This document shows positions 21,431 through 33,000 of a DNA stretch of 64,000 nucleotides, one piece after another (within the stretch, counting starts at the first letter, position 1; each line of letters starts with the position of its first letter). This stretch comes from Amoebophrya sp. A120 (Eukaryota > Protista > Dinoflagellata), in assembly GCA_905178155.1 (NCBI GenBank), contig CAJINV010000002.1:5761709-5825708 (forward strand). Direction: 5' to 3'. Position numbers and translations under genes: made by a program. The notes under the pieces were generated by a model that was not told the origin of the DNA, did not search any database, and saw nothing but the letters and a program-made list of their open reading frames with translations.

Positions 21431-24256
21431 ATGTCGTTTTCCGCATTCCTTGCGGCCTCCTCCTCTAGCAGCACGGGCACTGCGCAGCCAGGCGTGCTTG
21501 GGAATCCCAGAGATACGGCCTTCTCCTCAGCAGCAGCAGCCCCCTCGTCTTCAACGAGTGCAGCGGCAGCGGCCCAGCAGTCGCGTGGAAAGAGTTGTCC
21601 GTTGCGGCTCGTTGAAAAGTCGGCATTTTTGGAAAGCAGTAGGAAGAAAAACGACAAAAGCATGAACAAGTCCTCTGGTCTTGCTCCCGCAGCGTGCGCA
21701 GTCGCAGCGCCCGACGATCAAGTGCACATTCCGAGGACCGAAAGCGCGAACAATGCTCCGGCTTCTACTTTTGCAGTTCCCGATGAGCAGCATGATATCC
21801 CGCCACACTTCCGTTGCCCCATTTCGAAAGAAATCATGTTCGATCCCGTAACCGCGGCTGACGGCCACTCGTACCAGCGACAACACTTGCAGCGATGGTT
21901 CCTATCCGGGGGCCAGCATTCGCCCGTAAACGCAGCCGTCCCGTTGATTTCCTCGCAGTTCATGCCGAATTGGTGGTTGAAGGCAGTGATCGATCGGTTT
22001 TTTCTCACTCGCTACGGCCTGGATCCCGCGGTCGTGACAAGCCCCGGCGAAGCGGCGCACATCTGTGGAAAAAAAATGCTCGAGGTTCAGCAGGAATTCT
22101 CGCAGGAGCGCGAGAAAACGAAAGCGGAGGTGGAGACGCTGCAGAAGCAACTACACCGGGCGCAGAATGATTTAACGCGCCGCGAGATCAAGGAGAGTAA
22201 GAAACTACAAACGACGAACACCAGCAGCGCCTCTGTCGTGGAGGAAACTAGAAATGAGGATTTGCAAAAGCAGTGCAGGGAGTTGCTCGCAAACGTTGCG
22301 AAACTGCAACAGGACAACGCGAAGCTGCGCAGGGAACAGCTGGGGAAATGGAGAACGGAAGTGGTGACGGACCTGTCAAATCATCTTCCGCATAATTTCT
22401 TTAGCGGGGATGAGTTCAAGGGTCTGACCGAATCGCAGCAACAGCTCAAGCTGATCAAAAATTTGGTCCAAGAAAACGAAAAGCTGCGGAGCGACGGAAA
22501 AGTCGAGAGTGCCCGTCTGCGCAGGAATTACGAGGAGGAGGTCGCGCGCGCCAAACGCGCGGACCAAATGGAGATTGCGCGACTGGAGGGCAGGCTCGCG
22601 GTGGAGAGGACGGAAAATCAGCAAGAGATCGAACGTCGGCGCAAAGAACGCCAGGATGAGGAAAAGCGAGTCGCAAACTTGGTCGCAGAAATGTCCAAGC
22701 GGGATGAGCGAGTCAAGAATTTGGAAAGGGAAAATTTGAAATTGACCACGGCGGCGATCAAAAAGGCCGAGAAAGCAGCAGTTGCAACAGCATCGTCATC
22801 TGGAAGTCGTATCTCTGCTCAGCATGGAGATTCCAGTCACGACCAGCAAGCGGAGGATCTTTTCCCCATTCTCGAAGACTTCAAATGTCCAATTATGCAC
22901 GAGGTGATGCGCGACCCGGTGACAACGGCGGACGGACACACCTACGAGCGCTCCGCCATAGCCGGTTGGTTCAGAAACGGAGGACAAACGTCGCCGATCA
23001 CCGGCACCAAGCTGCAGCACCAACAGCTGCACCCCAACTACGCCCTGCGGAAAGCCATTCTGGCTTTTCTGACGGATCGGGCCATTGCGGTCGAGGCGGC
23101 GCAGAAGGCGTTCTTGACCCGCGACTCTTACAAAGAGTCCACGCGGTTTCTGGCGCAGCAGGCGCGCGCGGCGGAGGCGGAGCGGAAGGATCATGGTGCG
23201 CACGCGCGGGAGAACGATGCGCCGCGGACAGAAAATGAGGGAGACGAAGTAAAAGATGTCGTTGCGGCGCGTCATGATGGCACGGATGCGAAGTTTGAAA
23301 TAAAGCAGGAGGAGCACCACATGAGCTGTGCGGCTGAACAAGTGCCTTCGGTGCTCAGCAAAGAAAACAAGAGCGCCACCAGAAGCAGTGCAGCTTCCTC
23401 CGGAACTAGCGTCGTAACTTCCAGCACCACGACCGACTTCCACCAGGTGCTGTTTCGGCTGTTCGCGGAGCAGGACAAAAATATCGTGCCGGTGGAATTG
23501 TTGCATTCCAAAGTCCGCGAGGAAACCACTATCACCAGCTTCCAGTTGGACCGGCTGCTTGTTGCGGTGCAGGCAGAGGGGAAAATCTTGGTCGAGAACG
23601 GATTTGTCCATTTGGACCGGGAACGGAGCAGCGGATTTGGTACTCGAAAAGATCGGGTGAAGCTTGCAGGGGGTTCCTCCTGCCATGTCTGCTCTGCTAG
23701 GTTGGGGCTGAAGCTGGAGAGTGCTTTGCAGAGTGATGCGAAAGCATCTTCTTCCGGTTCTTCATCATCCTCTAGTGCAGGAACAAGCAAACAAGCGCAA
23801 ACGAGCAACAAGCGACCGCGAAAAGAGGCGGGGGAAGAGGAAGACCTGTCCTGTTGGAGAGCTGCGAAGCGGATCTTTCTGGAACAACCTCCGGGGGGAA
23901 CTGCGTCAGGCGAAGGTGCCGTGGAAATCGAAAATCCCAAAGCCTCTACTTCATCGGAGGAGGAGACGGCGCAAGCGGGGCCACGCGGAGCAAACGACAC
24001 GGGCTCCGACGACAACGAGGATGAGATCGTGATACACGATCTCATCGCCAGGGAAAGCAGTGATAGCGAAGACCGTGCCGGAGTAGATTTCGACGAAGAT
24101 GAACACGAAAGGAGCGATGACTCGTGGTCCTCTGCTCAGTGGGCGATCGGAAATTTTCCGGATGCGGGGCGGCCGCCGCGCGGGTGGTTTCGAGACGATG
24201 AAGAAGACGAGAGTCTTGAAGATCGTATTCGTCATGAAAGATTTGCTCTGTACTAG
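21431..24256 (+). CDS. Double U-box E3 ubiquitin ligase-like protein with a central coiled coil
   Basis: U-box 1 PPHFRCPISKEIMFDPVTAADGHSYQRQHLQRWF..SP..PNWWLKAVI; U-box 2 DFKCPIMHEVMRDPVTTADGHTYERSAIAGWF..TSPITG..PNYALRKAI; single 941-aa ORF. Confidence 0.9.
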   Translation: MSFSAFLAASSSSSTGTAQPGVLGNPRDTAFSSAAAAPSSSTSAAAAAQQSRGKSCPLRLVEKSAFLESSRKKNDKSMNKSSGLAPAACAVAAPDDQVHIPRTESANNAPASTFAVPDEQHDIPPHFRCPISKEIMFDPVTAADGHSYQRQHLQRWFLSGGQHSPVNAAVPLISSQFMPNWWLKAVIDRFFLTRYGLDPAVVTSPGEAAHICGKKMLEVQQEFSQEREKTKAEVETLQKQLHRAQNDLTRREIKESKKLQTTNTSSASVVEETRNEDLQKQCRELLANVAKLQQDNAKLRREQLGKWRTEVVTDLSNHLPHNFFSGDEFKGLTESQQQLKLIKNLVQENEKLRSDGKVESARLRRNYEEEVARAKRADQMEIARLEGRLAVERTENQQEIERRRKERQDEEKRVANLVAEMSKRDERVKNLERENLKLTTAAIKKAEKAAVATASSSGSRISAQHGDSSHDQQAEDLFPILEDFKCPIMHEVMRDPVTTADGHTYERSAIAGWFRNGGQTSPITGTKLQHQQLHPNYALRKAILAFLTDRAIAVEAAQKAFLTRDSYKESTRFLAQQARAAEAERKDHGAHARENDAPRTENEGDEVKDVVAARHDGTDAKFEIKQEEHHMSCAAEQVPSVLSKENKSATRSSAASSGTSVVTSSTTTDFHQVLFRLFAEQDKNIVPVELLHSKVREETTITSFQLDRLLVAVQAEGKILVENGFVHLDRERSSGFGTRKDRVKLAGGSSCHVCSARLGLKLESALQSDAKASSSGSSSSSSAGTSKQAQTSNKRPRKEAGEEEDLSCWRAAKRIFLEQPPGGTASGEGAVEIENPKASTSSEEETAQAGPRGANDTGSDDNEDEIVIHDLIARESSDSEDRAGVDFDEDEHERSDDSWSSAQWAIGNFPDAGRPPRGWFRDDEEDESLEDRIRHERFALY

Positions 24257-25454
24257 CAGAAGAGCATAGCAGGCCGCCGCAGAATCAGAAACCTTCGTGG
24301 AACTACATTATGTCATGGACTAAGGTCGAGTACAAGGTCTAGCTCTTCCTACAGCACCAGCAGTGGCACTTTTGATGTTCACTGTAGAACTTTCCTTTAC
24401 TTTTGCTAGTCCTGTAGTTGTTCGGATTTGGCATTAGATTTGAGCTTTCATTTGAAAAAGAGAACAATGAATTGAGTTGTGAGCGGCAAAAACAGTATGG
24501 AATTATTTCCTGCAATGTACAAAATGGAGGCGGACGGGCACGCTGCAGTGTCAAATCTTCCCGGCCTTGTACAATACAGAACTTGATGAACTTTAGGTGG
24601 AAGCTGAAATGCATTATGATTTGGAAAAGTTGTTTATTTTCAGCTGCAAAGAATATGAAAAACAAAAACAAAAAGACCGAGAGGACGCGGATGTTTCATG
24701 GAAGCGATCCTTCCCTTTGATGTTTGTCTTTGTGTGCGATTTTCGTGCCTATCCGGTGTCGAGAGATTGACTGCATCGAGAGAGATGTCATGGCAAGGTG
24801 GTAAACTTGCAAAGGACGAGAGCGATAGAGCGCAACAAGGAGAGACCGAAAAAAAGCACGTCATCGAAATCGATATTGATGTCACAAAAGCACGTCACTG
24901 AATCGAGCTGTTGAGTCAGGAGTCGGTTTTTTTTTTTTGTTTTGATTTTGAGAGATCACGATCAGTCAGTCGCAGGGTGGAATGAAAGCCATCACAAGCA
25001 CAGCCACTAGGAACAATTCTTCAGGAAAGAAAGAAGCACGCAGCGTATCGTCAGTTGAATTTAATTGTCGAATATCTTTTCAACAAAAAAAAAACCTCGC
25101 AGGTAGCGACGCGCAGTTGCTCCCTCGGAAGTGCATTTTTCCCCAAATTTGTTAAGGAAAACGTTTGAAGAACTCTACCCGTCCCAACCGTTATATACTT
25201 CCGGGGATAATATCGTGTCGCCAAGGCATTTCGTTTGCAAACCGTGAATCGTTTTCGGAAAGAACACTCGGAAGGAAGAGGTACTACTTGTTTCGCGACG
25301 TGCTATCCATCAATTATTTCCCTCGAAAATAATAAATCAAACTAAACAGGGCTCGCTGTGCCGTCGAGAGATTTTTTGTGTAACTAAGAATTCGTCTATT
25401 CGATATACTTTCCTTCCTCTGTTCAGGCACTTTAGTACTACTGCATCAGACAAA

Positions 25455-28400
25455 ATGGCTACTGCGCAGCCCCCATCTCCCACGAACCCCTACAACCTCG
25501 ACCAGGAGATGCAGTCTCCCGTCGGCAACCCCGCCCAATCGCCGGCGTACCAGGTCAACGCTGAGTCGACGAGGAATTTGATTCTTTCCGAGACGCAAAT
25601 CGACGCTATGGAAGAAACCGACCCACATTCCTCCTTCCGGAATCTCCGCAGAAAAGTGATGTACGTTTCGCTCGCGTCCTCGTTCTGCTGCGTGATTCAC
25701 GGCGTTCTGAACTACTGGTTCCAGGTGGACACGTATGCAAGAAAAAAACTGTGTAAGTGTAAATCTGTGATGCAGAAACTACAAAACGGCTACACTTGTC
25801 ATGCTCGACATGCATGATCGGCTCGTTTCCTATGTGTTTTCCCTTCTTATCTGCGCATAACAAGTTTTTCCTGTCATTGCAGACAAACTTGTGATGCTGT
25901 TTTCCCAAAAGACTATACACTAACACAGTTTTTTTCTTGGATAACACGCAGCTGGAGATCATGCGCATCATCGACAACGCAACCGGCATATGGATTGCAA
26001 AAATGTCTGGGTCGGGAGAGTTGGAACTTGTGATGCTAACTTTGGATTCTAAAAAAATCTGTATTGCATTATCAGCAAGAGGAGTCCAGTTTGTGCCACG
26101 CGGAGAGGCCATTTGTCATGCGGAATAGGCATCAAGACGTCGTCAGAAAATCTGTGATGCTAAGGAATACATCACAGACGTCACGGATCATGTAAAATCT
26201 GCATGACAAGTTCCATTCTTTCCAGACCCAGACATTTTTACATTTGATACGGCAACCCGAGCCACCACAAGCCGCACGAGCCGACCAAGGCGTTTCTGTT
26301 TATCTTCTTCGCCGGGTTGCCCGCGGTCGCGGCGGGCATCTCGATTGGTCTGCTCGTTCCGATGTGCGGGTACTTTGGCGCAAAGTGGGTCAACCAGTCG
26401 TTTCTGTGCATGTTTTTCTCCTGCAACACCTGCGGGTTAGTGGGGTCTCTCCTCGGGTTCGTCATGACCTTGTGGATCATGCTGGCGGGCATCCCGGGCG
26501 TGGACCACTGGGTGGCGCACTGCGATCCGGTGCCGATCTGCTGTAAGGGGATCGGAGGTAGTGAGAGCGTTTTTTTGTGTTGTGCGAAATTAATTCGAAA
26601 GTTTGAATAAAAATGCATTTCATTTCCTCGATTGGGTTCTTCTTCTTTTAGCTTTGGAAAAAACCTCCAAAAATAAAACAGGTGAAGCCAATTGTGACGC
26701 GGCCACCGGGTTGCCCTTTCCTCAATTCGAAAAGGAGTACCGGGACTGCATTCTTGGGGCGCACCTGCAATACGAGCGGAAGTACCCGGACTCCTACCAT
26801 TTAGACCCCGCGCGCTGCGACCCCACGGTGAAACTGCTTTTGAAGTGCGAGCACTTTCACCCGGACCCGGAGAACGCACTAGAGCACCGGTTCGACAACT
26901 ACGAAAAGCAGCACCCGCACTGGGGAGACAAGTGGGGCTACAATCCACAGGACGAGGAACATCAACACCCTCCAGCCCCCCTCCCGACCATGCTGGCGCC
27001 CCCGGTGGAGAAGAGCCCGGTCGCGATGGGGCTGTGGGGCACGCCGAGACATGCGGACCTGTTTCCGGTGGAGTCCATTGAGCACGCACGGGAATTGCGG
27101 ACTCTGGCGGAGGAGGGTTTGAGTGAGGAGGAGTTGCGGCGGATTTTAGCGGATGGCGAGGGGGATCATTCCAGCTCTGTCCAGCCCTCAAGCTTTGTCC
27201 AGCAAAATGCAGAACAAGTGCAGAACCTGTCCGACCGAATGAAGCAGCTGTTCCACCAGCTCCCGGCGAACAAGGTGCACGACATGCACAAGAAGCCGAT
27301 TTTCGGCCCGAACGGGGTCTTCAAAAACCCCGAAGCCATGAAGGAGCACCTGAAGCACGGGAAGGATTTCGCCAAGGACAAAGCGAAGCACTTTCATCCC
27401 GAGGACCAGGAGAAGCTCGTGGACCAGCTGCACGACATGCACTTGGAGCACCACCACCCCGCGGGCTTCGACCACTGGCCGGCACACCTGAAGGAGCACT
27501 TGCCGGGACGGTTCCGACCGGACAAGTATAATTTCGTGCCGCATCACGTGCCGAGTGCCGCCCACTTCGACCCGAAAAAGGCGCACGTACCGACGAAGGA
27601 AGGCGTGATGCACGGAGTCCACAAAGAGGGAAAGAAACACGATCCGCGGGGCAAGAAGGTGGACGTGAAGGGATTGCTTGACCAGGTGTTCGGATCGCAC
27701 AACGACCAGTGGAACCAAGTCAAGGAAAACGTGGAGATTCCGCAGAAAATCGAGATTCCGGAAAACTTTCCCAAGTTCGGACCCAACGGCGAACAGGAAT
27801 TTCGGAAGGGGGCGAGTATATAATTTGAGATTGATAGATATTTTCTAGCACAACTCTGCTTGTCATGTTGCTTTTGGCGATCGCGGCAGTAGATGATGTT
27901 CATCGCCTCGCTTGCGCAAAATTTTTAGTCACTATGTTGACCAAGAAATCTAAACAATTCATCAGGTGCCGTGTCTCACTCCCTGAACCAGTTGACCTCG
28001 GGTGATGAGGAAAAGGCGAAAAAGGAGATGGCCCGGCTCTACAGCAACGGCAAGCACGAGTGGAAAACAAAAATCGCCAAACGCCACGACAAGCACCACC
28101 ACTGGGAGCCAACTTTTGAAACTTGCCGGGTCAACCCGAAAGCCGTGCGCTTGATGCACGCAGTGCACAACAATTTGGAAAGTCTCGTGCCGAAGATGGA
28201 GTTTTTGTGTGGTATAGTTTTACTTTGTTCATCGTGTTCTTCTTCCTTGCGACAAGCGTGCGATGCAGTGCTAGTGTAGTGTAGTAATCTATCACTGCTT
28301 AGGTGATCGTGACGCATGTTATAAGCCGCGGCGCTGTTCTTGCTGTTGCACAGCATCACAAAGTGCGTCAAGAATTTCGATACGACTTTTCTCAGGTGCA

Positions 28401-28739
28401 AAACTCCTTACTTCCATCCCCTTCATTTTCTTCATTGCGCTCGGTGCCCTCTACGGCTTCCGCATGTGGCGCGTGGCGAAGCGCGGCTACCGCCCGACCT
28501 ACTTCGAGGGCGCGGCGCAAAACCTCCAGCTCCCGCTGTACCGCAACCAGCACCTGATCGGTGGACCGCAGATGGCCATGCCAAACTACATCGTGACAGC
28601 GCCCATGGATCATGCTGGAAATGGGTATCAGATGTCCGACCAACAGTCCGCCTACCAGGTTCAATATCCGGCTTTGTCCCAGTCGATGGCGCAGGACGCA
28701 AATGGTGCACCCCCTGTGGCCCCGCCGGCAAATGTGTAA
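25455..28739 (+). CDS. Four-TM tetraspanin-like membrane protein with a large His/Pro-rich loop
   Basis: Spliced model has TM1, then TM2-3 with CGYFGAKWVNQSFLCMF, a Cys- and His-rich loop, and TM4 LLTSIPFIFFIALGALYGF. Two introners, GT-AG introns 26558-26681 and 28212-28395, and a non-canonical intron at about 27810-27965. Confidence 0.65.
25734..25943. mobile_element. Family E introner (210 bp), TSD ACACG
   Basis: TIRs TATGCAAGAAAAAAACTGTGT and ACACAGTTTTTTTCTTGGATA; removal gives QVDT-QLEIM. Confidence 0.92.
25989..26249. mobile_element. Family D introner (261 bp), TSD CGGCA
   Basis: TIRs TATGGATTGCAAAAATGTCTGGGTC and GACCCAGACATTTTTACATTTGATA; removal gives NATG-NPSHHK. Confidence 0.95.
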
Positions 28740-30095
28740 GGTACTGGCACAACTGAGCGGTTGGAAGATATTAAGAAGGAGAACTAAATTTCTGCAGTTT
28801 TGTCTAGACGAAAGAAATTTGCGGAACAAACTGGGCGAAGGACTACAGTTGTACAACCAGCAGTCGGAGGTTCTGCTTCCTCTTTCTTACGCTGCTCTGA
28901 GTATGAAGTCAATCACAAAAGATAAAAACAACACGAAGGGAGCATGGATAACTACGAGGAATGCAGAAAAAGTACAGGAGATTAAGTGCATGACTTTTGA
29001 TTAGATATTAGCGTATATCCAACTATAACCATCATCGCCTTGTGAGCGGATAGTACACTCCAGACCTCCAAATTTTCTTCTTTTTGTTTCACGTTGGTCT
29101 TGCAGTGAGTTTCTGGGAATACAGGTTTCGTGTTTTAGATATTTCTATACCTTTGTTTATTTTACGGGAAAACTGAACGATTTTCATTTTCTTTGCAAGG
29201 CGAATTCAACATCACTTTTTTTGGTTCTGAAACAGACATTCAAAAATACAGCAGCTTTTATGCGGAACACTAAACGGTTTTGAATGTACGAGAAGAGCTT
29301 TATTTGTTTCCATGGACCAAAAAATGCCAGGAGTCATGTGACTTTTTCTCTACTAGAAAAACCCGAAGGAGTAGCCGCATAGGTCACTCCTTTGCTTTTT
29401 TTGATTGAGTTGAAGATTTATTCGCATCTTGGAAGGACACCCGTGCCAGTCGGCGTAGAGTCCTAAAGTTGTTCTTTCTGACTGGAATTCTTCTAGCGCG
29501 CCAGCTGTTGCATAGTTCTCATTCGCATCGCTGTTTAAAGTAGCAACGCCCTGTTGGCGTTGCTTGGAGCGACAAGGCATTCGAGGAGTGAACGAGCACG
29601 CTGCAATGATCGTGAGAGAGCGCCAAGTCTGGTTGTTCAGAGGGCATTTTGATGATCGTCGCTTTTTGAATCGTGCTCGTTGAGTGTGAAGTGCGCTGTA
29701 CACCGCTAAGTATGTGATGTACTCCTTGGATCATCCATTGGCATTGCACTTCGTTTCTTGTGATGTAGAGGTTATTTCAATATGAGAGGCCCGAACAACT
29801 ATCGATAGGCCGTCGACCAACTTTGTGCCGGCATACGGTACGATTTTGATATCGTATCAATTGGCATCGCTGCTGAAACATGGAAATTGAAAATTGATAC
29901 ATAGGAGTTGTGGTGGCACATTAGGCAGAAGAACAACAGGTGAAAAATTCAGTATTACCCTGGCCTAGTGTTATCACGATCACTAAAGAAATCCGAAATA
30001 AAAAACAAGTACGCGGTTGCTTCGGCACATTATACGATTTACGAGTTTTTGAAAATAAATACATCTGGAGAATTATCAAAGAATTACCATCGAAG

Positions 30096-33000
30096 ATGGC
30101 GTCAGACTGGATCTGTGCCGTGTGCCTGGACATCAACTGGGCACACAAAAAGATGTGCCGCTGGGGCTGCGATACGGTGAACCCGACACTACCGCCAGGC
30201 GTAGATCCGTATGGACCGGAAGAAAAGTAAATTGATGTGCTAGCCTGCAGCTGCCCCTGCAAGAAATTATTGCACCCTGCCTGCCGTCATGCTTTTGCTT
30301 ATTGTGCAATGGAATGGATGAAATGAGGGTCTTTTCCGTTTGACGTTGATATTCATAAAAAAAAACAAGAAGAAACAAGCGGCTCCTCACTTGATACAAA
30401 GAAATCAAATCCTTACAGCACCGCGGGGATGGCCGGTGGGCCGCCGATGAGCGCCAGTGGTGGAAATAATAACAACTCCACGCCCATGAGTTGCGGTCCG
30501 GTAAACACCAGTGGTCTGCACCAGCCAAGCTGCGGCGCGAATGTACAGCCACCAGTGGCCGCGGGGACCGCGGGCAACGACCTGATGTCGAAAGAGGCAG
30601 AGGACCTTTTGGAGTCGCTCTTCGCCTGGACAAAAGACGACGGTAGCAGCAACTCCACCGGGGGCGCCAGTACTTCTAACGTGGGGAGTAATACCACGAA
30701 TCTTTTCAACCGGTCGAATTCGAACGGAACAAGGGTAAGTAGTTTATGGAAACTTAACTGCGTATCGATCGTATTTTATTTCGACGTTTTTCTTACTGTT
30801 TTTCTTTTTTGCTGAGCATGTTAGAAAAACATATGATTATTGAAAAAACTTCCTCTACACTTCTACCAGTCCCTCCTTCCGGATCCGAGTTCGCTGATCT
30901 CTACGACCTCTTCCTCCAGCAGTATGTGCGGTTCCTCGCTCCTCGCGGAACTGCTGAAGACCACGTCTTCCTCCAGTCAAGCGGTTGTGAACCCACTGAG
31001 TCTGAATATGGGCGGGCCAGACGGGTCCCTGGCAAGTCTCGCGAACGCGCTCTCCGCACCGTCCCCGCCAGACTCTGCCAGGACGCAAGCGCCCCCGCTG
31101 CGGTTTCCGAGGCCGGCCGGGCTGGACTTACCGCTCCCACCGACGGTCCACGGGTCTTCCGTGCCGAGTCCGCCGCCGATGAGTTCCTCCGACCTGTTCT
31201 GCCCACCAATCATACCGCCAATGGGCTGTTCCGCGGCGCAGCAGCGGCCGCCACCGATGTTCAACGGGGGAAATAATCACCTCTTTCCGCCGCAGAACAC
31301 ACACGACACCTTTACGCCAGTGCAGCAGCACCCGCAGCCGCCGAGAGCAGGAGGACATCACAACATGATCAACCGCGGACCGCACGGTGCGGCACACGGT
31401 CCACAGGACAACAGTACGGGAATGGAAATAACAACTTCGTCCGAGCGTTTCCACCCGTTGAGCGTGCTGTGTGATTACAGTTGGTTACAGCAGCATCTAG
31501 ATATGATCTACTTCTACTCTAGCAAGTTTTTTTTTTTACCGGCATATTACTAGAGGGAGGGAGAGCTAGCAGCTGCGGTAGCTGGTAAATAGGGTCCTCT
31601 GAAGATCTTCGGAAAAGAAAATCCTCGGATCTTCATCCTCACGTAGTGATAGATCTGGGAGCTGCATCTTGGTGTACTACTGGCACGGGCTTCTGTAGAT
31701 CACTATGGGGTACAGATTATGCGCACTTGGGAGGCTTCTGTCTTTTGCAAATTGAGAGAACTGCATATACACTGCAGCAAACGGAGCAAGAGTCTGTGGA
31801 TGTTGAATCTCCGAGACTATAATTGCCAGCGGGTCCGTTTATTTCTAGTATGATTGGGATGGGTATTATGGGTTTGCTGCTGGGTTGCCTACTAGTACTA
31901 CCTAGTTTGTCCGGATAAGAAAAACTCTTCCTCTACTTCGTTTGGGAGGCACATGCAGCTCTTTTTCGTTTCTGTTGCGTAGCTTCCAGGGCAGAGGTTG
32001 GTCGACCGTTGCGTGTTGGACAAGCTTCGTGGGATAATTTTTGGGTGCTCTCATTGGTGTTACGATGTTTGCCGTTTCCAAGTAGCCCATGCATATCATG
32101 ATCATGTATACGCATACCGTAAAAACCGTTTTCATTGTAACATAAGCACATACACACATACCATTAAAACTGTGATCACACATGAAAGATGTTTGAAAAT
32201 ACTAGAGTCGTTCCTGCTTATTTCTTGGGTGGAAAGCAACTTCTTTCCTCTCTATCACACACGGGCGCCGCAACAACGGACACAAGATATCGCGAGGAAA
32301 ATTGCCCCCTCCCCCAAGGTTGCAAAAAGTTGTGATGCGAAGTTTCCAAATGAAAGCTTTTTGTCATGCATGAAAGGAGTATGAATCTTTCTGATGCAGA
32401 GTCTAGGCGTGTATCGCATCGGTTGCATGACAAGCGGCGCTCTTACTGGGGTCTTTTGCAATACAAATTTCCGCTATTCACGATTCAAAACCTGTGATGC
32501 TGATAGATGCAAGAGGGCGAATGTTTCATTTGGAAAGGTTTGCAATACAAATCTTTCAAGTTCGGGGGTGGGGGCATTTTTCATTGTAGTACAAAACCGT
32601 GTTCCCGGGCGACTGGATCTGCGATGGGTGTGGCGATTTGCATATCAAAATGAAAAATCCCCCCTCCCCATATCAAAGTGAAAATCTGTGATGCGGGATT
32701 TGTGTACACAAATCGGGTTTGTCTTGCAGTAGAGGACTGCAGACAGATACAAAGCCGGAGCGGGGGCGTTTTGGTGTAGGGACGCCTAGCACGGCAGGCG
32801 CGTCCTTTGTAGGCCACACGGCATTACAAATTGCCTGCAAAACGCGGCGGAGTCTCTGGATTTGCCTTCCAGCAATACAGAGACGATTTGTGGTCACAAA
32901 TCAGCATCACAAATCTTCGGAAGTATCCATTTTTGGTATGGGGAGGGGGGATTTTTCCTCTCAATATTGCAATTCGCCCGGAATCAGTCCTGCCGGGTGT

